64,000 bases of DNA, taken from IMG/VR virus record IMGVR_UViG_3300037249_000698, positions 1 to 64,000 of that record; one strand, written 5' to 3'. The notes below the pieces were generated by a model. That model saw nothing but the letters and a program-made list of their open reading frames with translations, searched no databases and was not told the origin of the DNA. Positions 28,164 through 37,558 of this stretch are shown piece by piece. Positions within the stretch are counted from its first letter, which is position 1; each line of letters opens with the position of its first letter. This stretch comes from a virus (Duplodnaviria; Caudoviricetes). The position numbers were made by a program, and so were the translations under genes.

Positions 28164-28460
28164 TTACACACAACAATATTCTTCGTCAACACTTGGCTGA
28201 ATATTTATTTTGAATCTAAAATCACAAGCCATAATATCGAAACCACTAACAATCCAGTCTTTATACATCTGATAATGCGGTAATTTTGTAATGTCTGCCC
28301 ACGTTCTATCGGTAATAGTCAACACAACTTCCTCTAAAGAATCATCAAGATCACCGCCTTTAGGTATCATCTGCACATACACCTCGATAAACGGATCTTC
28401 ACGGCAGGTATCAATAAGCATCTCGACAAGTTCATGTAACGTTCTATAAGCCATATTCAA
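28164..28460 (-). CDS. hypothetical protein
   Basis: operonic ORF. Confidence 0.65.
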   Translation of the reverse strand: MNMAYRTLHELVEMLIDTCREDPFIEVYVQMIPKGGDLDDSLEEVVLTITDRTWADITKLPHYQMYKDWIVSGFDIMACDFRFKINIQPSVDEEYCCV

Positions 28461-28463
28461 CTC

Positions 28464-28844
28464 CTATAATGTAATATTCTTTAATAAACCTATTGAACAA
28501 TTTACAAGTTTTAACATTTCAGCTTGTGTTAGACAATCCTTTTCTGACAAACCGAATTTAACTCTATTTAAATTGTCTAATACACAGACTATGTTTGTCA
28601 AACGTTCATTATCAGAGTGTACTATTATTTTTAGGTTGGTCAGTTCCATTCCGTCATCACCGAATTTTAAGGAATCTGTTACTTCCTCAACGTCTGCATC
28701 CATAAACGGAATTAAATCATTTATGCGAGTTAAGTATGAATAATTTGGATTTCTGATGTAAACCCCAAAAGCAAAATCAGGTGCTTTGTTAAACTGGTCT
28801 ACAGTGAGTTTTCTGCTATCTAAATAATCTCTTAATTTAATCAT
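28464..28844 (-). CDS. hypothetical protein
   Basis: TAGGAG RBS. Confidence 0.7.
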   Translation of the reverse strand: MIKLRDYLDSRKLTVDQFNKAPDFAFGVYIRNPNYSYLTRINDLIPFMDADVEEVTDSLKFGDDGMELTNLKIIVHSDNERLTNIVCVLDNLNRVKFGLSEKDCLTQAEMLKLVNCSIGLLKNITL

Positions 28845-28865
28845 TGTTGTCTCCTAAGTAATGTT

Positions 28866-29078
28866 TTAATCAACATCTCGAACGCAAACGAATAAAGTAT
28901 CATTATGTGCGTTTAAAATAACAACTTCATCGTCTTGACAAATCTCATAGGCTTTTGATTTTAAAAGTTCCTGCCTTGAATTGCACTTGCCCATAAATAC
29001 ATGCTTTTTACCATCCCAAAAACGGATTTCTATTTTGCCTGATAAGGCGTGAACAATGTCTCTCAAACGGATAATCAT
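28866..29078 (-). CDS. hypothetical protein
   Basis: CAGGAGG RBS. Confidence 0.65.
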   Translation of the reverse strand: MIIRLRDIVHALSGKIEIRFWDGKKHVFMGKCNSRQELLKSKAYEICQDDEVVILNAHNDTLFVCVRDVD

Positions 29079-29094
29079 AAACCCTCCTGAATTG

Positions 29095-29280
29095 CTATCT
29101 ATTCTGTTCTAACTCATAGTTAGTGTAGTTATACCCAGTGTTATTGCAAGGCGTGTTAATCGCCCAAATAAAGGCTAAGAATGAGCCAATTAAAAAGTAT
29201 GTACGTCTGTAACTTGTGCTTCTCATATAACTAATTGCTAGATATACGGAAATAAACAAAAGTAATACTGACAAAAACAT
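29095..29280 (-). CDS. small membrane protein
   Basis: two hydrophobic stretches. Confidence 0.6.
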   Translation of the reverse strand: MFLSVLLLFISVYLAISYMRSTSYRRTYFLIGSFLAFIWAINTPCNNTGYNYTNYELEQNR

Positions 29281-29285
29281 TATGT

Positions 29286-29582
29286 TTACTCCTTAAAATT
29301 AGCTACAACATCTTCAAAAATGGTATATACGACTTCTACAGTCTTTGTATCGAGGTTAATCTTAGACAGATATTCACCATCACATAAAGCCTCCATACCA
29401 GCCTTACAAATATCACCAATGGTCACATCACAATCTTTGCGACATTCGTAAACATCAGTCAATACGTCAATCGCATCATCTGCATATTCAGCCAGATGCT
29501 TATTTTGACAGCAGTTTGTGATTACTTCTTCAATTTCAAACAGCATATCATTGTACTTACAAGTTCTTTCAAATTCGTTCAT
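29286..29582 (-). CDS. acidic hypothetical protein
   Basis: first gene behind promoter 29631-29659. Confidence 0.7.
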   Translation of the reverse strand: MNEFERTCKYNDMLFEIEEVITNCCQNKHLAEYADDAIDVLTDVYECRKDCDVTIGDICKAGMEALCDGEYLSKINLDTKTVEVVYTIFEDVVANFKE

Positions 29583-29630
29583 GGTTAAATCCTCTAATCA
29601 ATTACTTCTAATTCGTTAATCTATGTATTC

Positions 29631-29659
29631 ATTTTACTAAAGTTTATTTCAATAGTCAA
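29631..29659 (-). promoter_or_regulatory. sigma70 promoter
   Basis: TTGACT-N17-TAAAAT. Confidence 0.75.
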
Positions 29660-29667
29660 CAAAAATT

Positions 29668-30378
29668 TTATACCAAAATCGGATTTGTGATAGTTGTCAC
29701 TTTTTCAATTTCTGACATAGCTACATCGTAATACTTTTTGTCTATCTCATAGCCTATAAACTGCCGACCTGTGAGCATACACGCTATTGCCGTACTGCCA
29801 CACCCGACAAACGGATCTAAAACAATCTCATTTTCTTTAGTGCTATTCAGAATTAAATGTTTTAATAATTCAACAGGTTTTTCAGTAGGATGTAATTTAT
29901 TTCCTAGCTTGTTACGATATTCGAGTACAGTATTACTACCTAGCATGTTAATGTTCTTTGCACCACCTTTTCTAAGCATAAGGATAAACTCGGCTCTGTT
30001 CATGTAATACTTGTTAGGAACGGAATTTTGCTTTACCCAAACTAATAGATTTTGATAAATAAAGCCTGCTTTTAATGCTTCTGTAGTAAGTTCATTTAAT
30101 CTTCTACCCGAACAGAAAATATAAGCGTGTGATTTAGGTTTAAGCACTCTATACACATCAGACAGCCAATCGGAAAATTTAATCGAATTATGGTCAAAAA
30201 CTCTACCGTGTTTAACGTTAGATAATTCGCTATGTTTATTCCCTAGCATACCGCCTAAAGGTTTTGTGCAACCGCCTTGTACTATAAGATAAGGGGGATC
30301 GGTAACTAATAAGTCAATAGAGTTATCGGAAACGGATTTTAATTCCTGTTTCATATCAGAATTTTTAAGTGTAATCAT
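29668..30378 (-). CDS. N4-C/N6-A DNA methyltransferase (beta class)
   Basis: VTDPPY, HPTEKP, LDPFVGCGST, GYEID. Confidence 0.92.
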   Translation of the reverse strand: MITLKNSDMKQELKSVSDNSIDLLVTDPPYLIVQGGCTKPLGGMLGNKHSELSNVKHGRVFDHNSIKFSDWLSDVYRVLKPKSHAYIFCSGRRLNELTTEALKAGFIYQNLLVWVKQNSVPNKYYMNRAEFILMLRKGGAKNINMLGSNTVLEYRNKLGNKLHPTEKPVELLKHLILNSTKENEIVLDPFVGCGSTAIACMLTGRQFIGYEIDKKYYDVAMSEIEKVTTITNPILV

Positions 30379-30439
30379 AGCAACCTCTAAAGGGGGTATA
30401 TACAAAAAGTTAAACGGTCATATACCCCGAAAACGGATT

Positions 30440-31168
30440 TTAATTATTAGATTCAAAAAGGGATTCTTCATCAAGTTCAACAGTCTCAACGGTAACATTA
30501 TCTTTATTTGTAATGTCTTTCCCTAAAATTGCGAACTTTACTTTCCAACGTAAATAAGCCGGAGAGCGTAAAACCTCCTCAATTTTCTTTAATCTTTCCA
30601 CAGGATTTTTATTTTCCTTTAAAATCTTTGCGACAGTAGTTCTTGAAACACAATAATGCTTTTCAATTTCCCTAACACTGGTAAATTCTTTATTACCAAT
30701 CATATAATGATGCTTTAAATCCTTTGTTAAAGCGTCTTTTATACTAAAGTTGCGGTTTAATCGTAAAGATACCGTATTATTTTTTACACCCCAGTATTCC
30801 GCACGTTCTTTGTGAGACTTAAACTTGTTACCCAAGTGATCCTCACATTCTTTTTCTACAGACTGCACAGGTGTATTCAGAATTTTATCTAAATTCCATC
30901 CCTGTTTCAGTCTATGAAAATATGTCGGCTTATCAATTCCGTATTCCTTGCATAACTCATAGATATTTCTATAATGTTTGCCACCGTAATTTACGCCACC
31001 GCTTTTATACGTGCGAGAGTTTGTTGTTAAAGCTCGTTCTAAATCCCATTTATAACGGAGTCTCGCTCGGACAGTCACCGCATCAATACCATAGTAATCG
31101 CACATGTCGTTAAAAGATGGAAATTCATTTCCTAAATGATCGCAAACGTTCTTTTTTGCCATATTCAC
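30440..31168 (-). CDS. protein with repeated HTH-like DNA-binding modules
   Basis: repeats DHLGNxFxS...R.RL..GW.LE.AL. Confidence 0.65.
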   Translation of the reverse strand: MNMAKKNVCDHLGNEFPSFNDMCDYYGIDAVTVRARLRYKWDLERALTTNSRTYKSGGVNYGGKHYRNIYELCKEYGIDKPTYFHRLKQGWNLDKILNTPVQSVEKECEDHLGNKFKSHKERAEYWGVKNNTVSLRLNRNFSIKDALTKDLKHHYMIGNKEFTSVREIEKHYCVSRTTVAKILKENKNPVERLKKIEEVLRSPAYLRWKVKFAILGKDITNKDNVTVETVELDEESLFESNN

Positions 31169-31199
31169 CTCGATAGATATTTGTTAAATGATGTTTGAA

Positions 31200-31228
31200 A
31201 TTATAATAGAAATAAAAGTTCATGTCAA
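31200..31228 (-). promoter_or_regulatory. sigma70 promoter (leftward)
   Basis: TTGACA-N17-TATAAT. Confidence 0.85.
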
Positions 31229-31261
31229 CAAAATTTTAATAAAATTTAATTTAACCGTAAA

Positions 31262-31446
31262 GAAACCCAACTGCCTAAATGAACACGGCAACCGAAATGG
31301 ATTTTGTGCAAAAGGGGGGGGTCAAGCCAAATGAAAAGGGCAATCAGCCTAAATGGATAGTGCCGACCCACCGCCCGACCCTGCCGACCTGTGCCAAGAG
31401 CCAATGAACCGGAAACCTAGCGACCTACTGGGTGAATGTGACCTGC
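31262..31446. repeat. GC-rich repeat island at the strand switch
   Basis: 5x RCC(N)AAATGRA-like, 4x CGACC, G8 run. Confidence 0.65.
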
Positions 31447-31520
31447 ATCACTATTTTAGTCCGGCTATTTAGTAAACGGATTTTAAAAATTCATTCCTAT
31501 ATAGATGTATAAACCGCAAA

Positions 31521-31581
31521 AGTGACTTATATCACAAATTTCAAACTTACTATTGACAAATAAAAACTGTTATGCAATAAT
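31521..31581 (+). promoter_or_regulatory. early promoter with CRP-like site
   Basis: AGTGA-N6-TCACA; TTGACA-N17-AATAAT with TG extension. Confidence 0.75.
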
Positions 31582-31616
31582 GACATCATGTTGATAACAC
31601 ATAAGGAATTAAACAA

Positions 31617-32027
31617 ATGAATAAAACAGAATTAAAAAACAGATTATCTAAAATTATTGATAGTTTTGAAAGCAGTTATGATGCGGATGATTATTATGAA
31701 TTAACATCTCGATATGGGTGTGATTGTGATCCCGAATGTAAAATTTATCAGTTAGAAGAATTAAACGATCTATATTGCGGTTATACAGTCTTAAATATTT
31801 TAGATGAATTAAAAGACATAGATACTGGAGATACATATTTTTGTTACACTATTTATGGTATAGAGTCTTTTACATGCTTTAGGGATATTAAGCGTCATTT
31901 AGAATATGAAAAGATTGTCGATATTATCCTAAAAGATATTGATATTTTCTTAGATTGTGATTTTTATAGTTCAGAATTGACCGATCTTCAAAATGAATTA
32001 TATGATGATGAAATAACAGAAGATTAA
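31617..32027 (+). CDS. acidic early protein
   Basis: own promoter and RBS; D/E rich. Confidence 0.8.
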   Translation: MNKTELKNRLSKIIDSFESSYDADDYYELTSRYGCDCDPECKIYQLEELNDLYCGYTVLNILDELKDIDTGDTYFCYTIYGIESFTCFRDIKRHLEYEKIVDIILKDIDIFLDCDFYSSELTDLQNELYDDEITED

Positions 32028-32035
32028 AATTATTG

Positions 32036-32073
32036 TTGACAATTTAAAATGATAGGTATATAATGTACCTATC
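32036..32073 (+). promoter_or_regulatory. early promoter, -10 inside inverted repeat
   Basis: TTGACA-N17-TATAAT; GATAGGTA/TACCTATC. Confidence 0.85.
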
Positions 32074-32096
32074 TTTTGAAAACAGGAGTTAAAGAT

Positions 32097-32420
32097 ATGG
32101 AAAAGAATTTAATTGCAAAGTGTGTTGATATTGTTAAACAAGGGGATATTGAAGATCGTTATCCTTTTGAAATGAGTGTGTATTTAATATACGATAACGG
32201 CACTTGTGAAAACGATGAAATGTATCAAATGTCATGCGATGATATGGAATTTGTAACAGGTATGAAAATTGAAGAATTAAACGGATTATCTGATATTGAA
32301 ATTGCTAGAATTATTGCGGAAAATTCCCATCCATACGGCATCGGAGATGAACAGGATGTGTATGATTATTATTCTAGCGGATTACGTTATTATTCTAATA
32401 CTATTGCTATTAAATTATAG
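32097..32420 (+). CDS. acidic early protein
   Basis: CAGGAG RBS. Confidence 0.8.
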   Translation: MEKNLIAKCVDIVKQGDIEDRYPFEMSVYLIYDNGTCENDEMYQMSCDDMEFVTGMKIEELNGLSDIEIARIIAENSHPYGIGDEQDVYDYYSSGLRYYSNTIAIKL

Positions 32421-32428
32421 GTGACTAT

Positions 32429-32731
32429 ATGAACAAAATTACAGATGATATTGAAAAATTAGCTACTGAATGTACTAACAAATTACAAGATTTAACAGGC
32501 TATAACTATGTAATTAAACCATCCACAGGAGGCACAATACAGTTAGATATTTATGAGTCTTTAGAAGATAGTGATCTCTATTTAGCAAACATCACATATA
32601 AATCAAGACATGATTTGTATGATAGATTAGTGATATTCAAAAACAGTTTAGATATACTAAATTTGATAACTGATAATAATACTAGACAAGCTGTAGAATG
32701 TTACCTGTTTAACATTTTCAATACTTACTAA
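32429..32731 (+). CDS. early hypothetical protein
   Basis: TAGGTG RBS. Confidence 0.7.
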   Translation: MNKITDDIEKLATECTNKLQDLTGYNYVIKPSTGGTIQLDIYESLEDSDLYLANITYKSRHDLYDRLVIFKNSLDILNLITDNNTRQAVECYLFNIFNTY

Positions 32732-32740
32732 AATTTATTG

Positions 32741-32769
32741 TTGACAAATGGATTTTATTATCGTAAAAT
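32741..32769 (+). promoter_or_regulatory. early promoter
   Basis: TTGACA-N17-TAAAAT. Confidence 0.8.
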
Positions 32770-32802
32770 ATGGTTATCAATTTGGTTAAGGAGCAAACAC
32801 AA

Positions 32803-33351
32803 ATGAAATTTTTTAAAAATACTGAATGTGCATTAAAAGAAGATTTAGAAAGTCTTGTAAAAAATAGTATGAATCTAGATACTTTTATCAAATTGTATAA
32901 CTATGATAATACTAATAGCATAATACCATTTTCAGAAATAGATCGCTTTATGCAGGATATTATTTTTGATTGTTACGGCAATTATGATTTAATACTCGCA
33001 AATATTAAGAAGCTAAAAGAAATCAAACAACAATTAAAAGCGAATGATTTTGATATTTTTACAGAAGATCATGATGATCAATCGGACTTGTATTTTATTA
33101 TAAACGGAAATGATATAAAGGATTATTTCTTTGCACATGAATTTGAAAATTTATATGAAGATGAATCCACAAGTAACAAGTTATTATTAGATGCTTGTGA
33201 ACTTGTAATTAACAATATACTTGCAAGTTATAAAGCGTATTTATCACTTGTTGAAAGGATGAATAAAATTAATGATGTGAAAAATGATGTTACTATCAGA
33301 TTAGAAAACCTGTTACGCTGTTATGATGAATTATGCAAACTTGAAAAATAA
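32803..33351 (+). CDS. early hypothetical protein
   Basis: AAGGAG RBS. Confidence 0.8.
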   Translation: MKFFKNTECALKEDLESLVKNSMNLDTFIKLYNYDNTNSIIPFSEIDRFMQDIIFDCYGNYDLILANIKKLKEIKQQLKANDFDIFTEDHDDQSDLYFIINGNDIKDYFFAHEFENLYEDESTSNKLLLDACELVINNILASYKAYLSLVERMNKINDVKNDVTIRLENLLRCYDELCKLEK

Positions 33352-33363
33352 TCAAAATATTTG

Positions 33364-33406
33364 TTGACAATTAAAATAAGATATAGTAATATATACTATA
33401 TCTTAT
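33364..33406 (+). promoter_or_regulatory. early promoter, -10 inside inverted repeat
   Basis: TTGACA-N17-TAATAT; ATAAGATATAGTA/TACTATATCTTAT. Confidence 0.85.
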
Positions 33407-33425
33407 GAAACAGGGAGCAAACACA

Positions 33426-33839
33426 ATGGATAATCAGATAATTAAAAAAGTATTAAATGCTATGTTTGATAACGGATTAGAAAGTTTTATTGAAAAAATG
33501 GTTTTCAGTAAAGCTAGATATAAGGATGATTATTTTAAAAAGTATTTCAAGACTAATGATAAAATCTATTATTTAACTTATAATCAGTATTCTAATATGG
33601 TATGTAGTAATATTGAAATAGAATTACAAGAAATTGATGAAGATTTGATCGGTTATACTCCTGTAGACTCTGAAAGAATTGTGCTTTATGATACAGTGAA
33701 CGATGCTTGGGATAGTTTTAGATCTAAACATGATGATGATAATTTAACGGATTCTGAAATGGATGCTTTATATGAAGATGAATACAAAGACATTATTTTT
33801 GAAGATGTGATAGATATTCTATCAAATTATTGTTATTAA
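33426..33839 (+). CDS. acidic early protein
   Basis: AGGGAG RBS; acidic C-terminus. Confidence 0.8.
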   Translation: MDNQIIKKVLNAMFDNGLESFIEKMVFSKARYKDDYFKKYFKTNDKIYYLTYNQYSNMVCSNIEIELQEIDEDLIGYTPVDSERIVLYDTVNDAWDSFRSKHDDDNLTDSEMDALYEDEYKDIIFEDVIDILSNYCY

Positions 33840-33842
33840 CTG

Positions 33843-33871
33843 TTGACAAAAGAAAAATTATATAGTATCAT
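33843..33871 (+). promoter_or_regulatory. early promoter
   Basis: TTGACA-N17-TATCAT. Confidence 0.8.
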
Positions 33872-33904
33872 GTATAACATCAAATAACAAATGGAGTTGA
33901 ACAA

Positions 33905-34423
33905 ATGAACACATCAATTATAAAACATGCTAACGTACGTAACATTAAAGACAAAACTGTTGTTGATGTTGATTACGGATTGGAATATATAAAAGGAAAT
34001 AGGGATGCATATTTCTTTATAACCGGCACTGAATATCATGCAAATAAAAACGGTGAACGTGATGCAAGGCGTAAAGATTGTATTCAGTGCGGAGCAATAG
34101 GAGAATATATTTGTACCTTAAACAAAAATTTTGAAGATTTAAATCACTTTCATGGTAGATATGCGGATGGATCTCCATTATATCCTGTTGAAAATGGTTT
34201 GTTTTGGTTAGGTTGCACTAAATATGAAGCGTTTAATTTAAAATACGTGTGTGAACATTTTATGATAAATGAACAGGAGGCATACAGACTTAAAGATATT
34301 ATTCATTCAGAAATGGATGATAATAAAAAGCGTGAAATTTTACAAAATATTATTGATACTGAATATAAAAGTAAATGGTTAGCGGAGGCAAAACGGATTC
34401 GAGATAAGTATAACTTGTGGTAA
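33905..34423 (+). CDS. early hypothetical protein
   Basis: YFFITG...CGAI...GSPLYPVENGLFW. Confidence 0.8.
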   Translation: MNTSIIKHANVRNIKDKTVVDVDYGLEYIKGNRDAYFFITGTEYHANKNGERDARRKDCIQCGAIGEYICTLNKNFEDLNHFHGRYADGSPLYPVENGLFWLGCTKYEAFNLKYVCEHFMINEQEAYRLKDIIHSEMDDNKKREILQNIIDTEYKSKWLAEAKRIRDKYNLW

Positions 34424-34440
34424 AAAATTTAAAATAACTA

Positions 34441-34482
34441 TTGACAATACAAAAAGGATAGAATATAATGTATCTATCCTTT
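34441..34482 (+). promoter_or_regulatory. early promoter, -10 inside inverted repeat
   Basis: TTGACA-N17-TATAAT; AAAGGATAGA/TCTATCCTTT. Confidence 0.85.
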
Positions 34483-34518
34483 AGAAACAAAGCGAGTTTA
34501 ACACAAAAAGGAATTATT

Positions 34519-34836
34519 ATGGAAACTATTAAAGAAGTACGACAGGATATTAAAAACAAATTAGAAGCTATAAATCAAGATGATTACATGGTAGAAAATG
34601 ACTTAAAATTAGTATTTGCTCCATCCTGTGGTAAATATCGTATCGAATTAACAGGGAGTGTAAACAAGGTATTTTTTGCACATAATCTCCGTGAATACAA
34701 GCTATGTTTATATAATTTTCACTCTTTAACTTGGATTTTGAGTAGACATTATAAGAATCCTAACACTGATGATGTTTTATCTATACAAAGTGTTATTGAA
34801 CTTTTGGAGCATTGCGGATTTTATTATTATTGTTAA
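34519..34836 (+). CDS. early hypothetical protein
   Basis: AAGGAA RBS. Confidence 0.75.
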   Translation: METIKEVRQDIKNKLEAINQDDYMVENDLKLVFAPSCGKYRIELTGSVNKVFFAHNLREYKLCLYNFHSLTWILSRHYKNPNTDDVLSIQSVIELLEHCGFYYYC

Positions 34837-34852
34837 ATTTTAAAAATAGTTG

Positions 34853-34893
34853 TTGACAAATAAATTAAGATAGTGTATCATAACACTATCTTA
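34853..34893 (+). promoter_or_regulatory. early promoter, -10 inside inverted repeat
   Basis: TTGACA-N17-TATCAT; TAAGATAGTGT/ACACTATCTTA. Confidence 0.85.
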
Positions 34894-34922
34894 TAAAGAA
34901 AACCTAACAGGAGTACCAAAAA

Positions 34923-35621
34923 ATGGGATGGGATGGAATTTATATCAGTGAACCGCACAAAACTGTATCTGAAAAGTTATCTGTATATTTCAAGTATCAC
35001 GGATTTTGTGAAAATGAAGTTGTAAAAGCTACTATCAAAAATGGTGTTGTTTACGGAGCAATCCGGAACTTAAAAACAAATGATGTATGGGCTATGGTTA
35101 GTTTGTTAAAATTCAGAAAGGATGGATGGCAAACTGAAATGCTAGTAAAAAATATGAGTGAAGATATGATGCCGTATTATTTTGATTGCCCTAAAGCTAT
35201 ACTTGATTTATTGACAAAAACTGATAATGAACATTCTAACGAATGGAGAAAAAGATGCTATGAACAGTTAGCAAACCAAAAGGAAAAAGCAAAAGTAAAA
35301 AAGAGTCCATATATTTTTGTAAAATCCGGTATTAGATTTAGCATGGGTTGTACTTATCATGTGTTTGAAAAAGATTCTACTATGCGAACTAAATATCATA
35401 CCTTTGAAACAGGATATGGATTAAGAATCAGTCATATAAATGATTTTGATGTGCAGTACATATCAGAAGAACAATATTTAAGATGTAAGGATGCATATTA
35501 TAAGATTAGGGATGCTAAAATTTTAGTAGAGTATGAAAAGACTAACGATCCGGAAATGATTAAATTATCACAATTAGAATTATGTGATGTATATCAAAAT
35601 ATTATAAATCAGACTGAATAA
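34923..35621 (+). CDS. DUF6927-like protein
   Basis: MGW start; KNMSEDMMPYYFDCPKAILDLL...EWR. Confidence 0.65.
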   Translation: MGWDGIYISEPHKTVSEKLSVYFKYHGFCENEVVKATIKNGVVYGAIRNLKTNDVWAMVSLLKFRKDGWQTEMLVKNMSEDMMPYYFDCPKAILDLLTKTDNEHSNEWRKRCYEQLANQKEKAKVKKSPYIFVKSGIRFSMGCTYHVFEKDSTMRTKYHTFETGYGLRISHINDFDVQYISEEQYLRCKDAYYKIRDAKILVEYEKTNDPEMIKLSQLELCDVYQNIINQTE

Positions 35622-35624
35622 TTA

Positions 35625-35667
35625 TTGACAAATAAAACTAGATAGATTAAAATAAATCTATCTAGTT
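35625..35667 (+). promoter_or_regulatory. early promoter, -10 inside inverted repeat
   Basis: TTGACA-N17-TAAAAT; AACTAGATAGATT/AATCTATCTAGTT. Confidence 0.85.
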
Positions 35668-35684
35668 AGCAAGGGAGTTATATT

Positions 35685-36107
35685 ATGGGATATGAAGTAA
35701 GGGATGTGTTTGATATATTAGAAAAAGAATTAACAGATTATTTTTTGTCTTTACCTGTTGAAAAGCAAGTACCATTAATAAATGAATATTATAACACTAT
35801 TAAAATTATAAAATTAACAGATTGTCTATCAGATGATCAAATGGAAAATTTTTATAAAAAAGTTGAAAATTTATATGTAGTATTTTTTGGTAAAACTACA
35901 TTAGAACCGATTATTTATACAAAAACGGAATTGATAAAACAAGACTGGTTTATACATGCCATTAAAACATTATGTTATTGTTATGATAAATTTTCTTTTG
36001 ATGATATTGAAGATTCTCATATTCAAGATATTATTATAACTATGCAAAATGTCGCAAGGGCAATAGACAAAATTAAAAATCAAAAAGTTGAAATAATTTT
36101 AAAATAA
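35685..36107 (+). CDS. early hypothetical protein
   Basis: AGGGAG RBS. Confidence 0.8.
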   Translation: MGYEVRDVFDILEKELTDYFLSLPVEKQVPLINEYYNTIKIIKLTDCLSDDQMENFYKKVENLYVVFFGKTTLEPIIYTKTELIKQDWFIHAIKTLCYCYDKFSFDDIEDSHIQDIIITMQNVARAIDKIKNQKVEIILK

Positions 36108-36110
36108 TAG

Positions 36111-36152
36111 TTGACAACAAATAAAGATAGTATTATAATGATACTATCTTTA
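36111..36152 (+). promoter_or_regulatory. early promoter, -10 inside inverted repeat
   Basis: TTGACA-N17-TATAAT; TAAAGATAGTAT/ATACTATCTTTA. Confidence 0.85.
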
Positions 36153-36171
36153 ATACAGGGAGTAATAACAA

Positions 36172-36648
36172 ATGATGATAGATTTAGAAATTATTATTGA
36201 AGAATTAGATCGCTTTTATAACGTTCACTGTTTAGAAAATGATAGATTAAACAAGTTTTCAAAGTGCATTATTGAAGATGCAAAAAGAATGATAACAAAT
36301 GTTATTTCAGACTATGGATTTGAAATTGAGTCTAAACAGGAATTAGCAAAACGGATTTCAAAAAACAGATATGAATATTTAGATCTCACAAAATTTGCGG
36401 AATTAATATCATCCTGTAGTATTGATGCGGAAATTTGCACAGATACAATTTATAAAAGATATTTATCAGATAATCTGTATAATGCGTATAAGAATGAAGA
36501 TCCAAGTTTTGAAGATGCTAGAAAACGTATGATCGGATATAGACAAAATATGACTGATATTTATTTAGAGGCTAAAAGTTATGCTAAGGCATGGCAAAAA
36601 ATCGAACGTATTATTGATGATATAGAAGAATTTAAACTAACACATTAA
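36172..36648 (+). CDS. early hypothetical protein
   Basis: AGGGAG RBS. Confidence 0.8.
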   Translation: MMIDLEIIIEELDRFYNVHCLENDRLNKFSKCIIEDAKRMITNVISDYGFEIESKQELAKRISKNRYEYLDLTKFAELISSCSIDAEICTDTIYKRYLSDNLYNAYKNEDPSFEDARKRMIGYRQNMTDIYLEAKSYAKAWQKIERIIDDIEEFKLTH

Positions 36649-36656
36649 AATAATTG

Positions 36657-36697
36657 TTGACAAGTTTTGTGAGTAGTAGTAAAATACTACTCATAAA
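36657..36697 (+). promoter_or_regulatory. early promoter, -10 inside inverted repeat
   Basis: TTGACA-N17-TAAAAT; TGAGTAGTA/TACTACTCA. Confidence 0.85.
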
Positions 36698-36719
36698 CCA
36701 AAAACAGGGAGTTAAAATT

Positions 36720-37253
36720 ATGAATGATTGTGAATATATAAAAGACTTTTGGACTAATGATGATGTTAGAATTGTTTACAGTACAGACTTTTTGAAACAG
36801 GATAAGGAAAACGATTTTAAAAAAGCTATTGAAAACCTGTATGAATATATGGTAAACGGAGATTTTGAAACAGAATTTGATTTTGATGTAGAAAACGATT
36901 ATTGCATCTTATGTGAAGAATATCCGGAACTTGAAACATATAATATCTTGCATCGTATGGGGGATTTAGACTCATATTGTGAAGAATTTAATATAACAAT
37001 TAGTAACTTTTTGGAAAATATGGATGATAGCTTTAGTTTGTGCGATAATTATTTTTGTGATAGTAGACAATATATAAGCGGAGATAGTTTAACTAGTTTT
37101 AATATTGATTATTTAGATATTGTTAGACAAATAGCATTTTCACCGGAAAAATTACTACAATTTGAAAACGGAAAAAACATTATTTTAAAAAATTTAGATT
37201 GTGACCATTTAAAAAAGATACTTATTGATATTCTAAACTGTATTGAAAAATAA
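36720..37253 (+). CDS. acidic early protein
   Basis: AGGGAG RBS; weak similarity to 31617. Confidence 0.8.
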   Translation: MNDCEYIKDFWTNDDVRIVYSTDFLKQDKENDFKKAIENLYEYMVNGDFETEFDFDVENDYCILCEEYPELETYNILHRMGDLDSYCEEFNITISNFLENMDDSFSLCDNYFCDSRQYISGDSLTSFNIDYLDIVRQIAFSPEKLLQFENGKNIILKNLDCDHLKKILIDILNCIEK

Positions 37254-37256
37254 ATC

Positions 37257-37299
37257 TTGACAATATTTTTAAAGTAGTATAGATAATTCTATACTACTT
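37257..37299 (+). promoter_or_regulatory. early promoter-like element with inverted repeat
   Basis: TTGACA; AAGTAGTATAGA/TCTATACTACTT; -10 poorly spaced. Confidence 0.6.
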
Positions 37300-37319
37300 A
37301 ATAAAGTAAAGTTATAGAT

Positions 37320-37412
37320 ATGGAGAAAAACGGATTGTATTATTTTTGCTTAATTATTCTTTTATCATTCCTGTTTGTTATTGATAACATTCTTTTACAG
37401 ATAATGAGATGA
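37320..37412 (+). CDS. 30-aa hydrophobic peptide (not in ORF track)
   Basis: MEKNGLYYFCLIILLSFLFVIDNILLQIMR; weak RBS. Confidence 0.35.
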   Translation: MEKNGLYYFCLIILLSFLFVIDNILLQIMR

Positions 37413-37444
37413 TAAACGGAATTTAAATTTTTTTAAAATAGTTA

Positions 37445-37473
37445 TTGACAAAAGAAAAATAGTATATTATCAT
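37445..37473 (+). promoter_or_regulatory. early promoter
   Basis: TTGACA-N17-TATCAT. Confidence 0.8.
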
Positions 37474-37558
37474 ATATAGCATAGTAACGGAGCAATATCA
37501 AAAAGTTAAACCTGTTACTGATTAAAAAACGGATTATAAATAAAAGGAATATAACACT

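Noticed and set aside
26587-30439. AACGGATT purely as a CsrA (ANGGA) RNA motif
   Set aside because: These copies lie on the non-coding strand of minus-strand genes, so an RNA-only reading does not explain the whole pattern.
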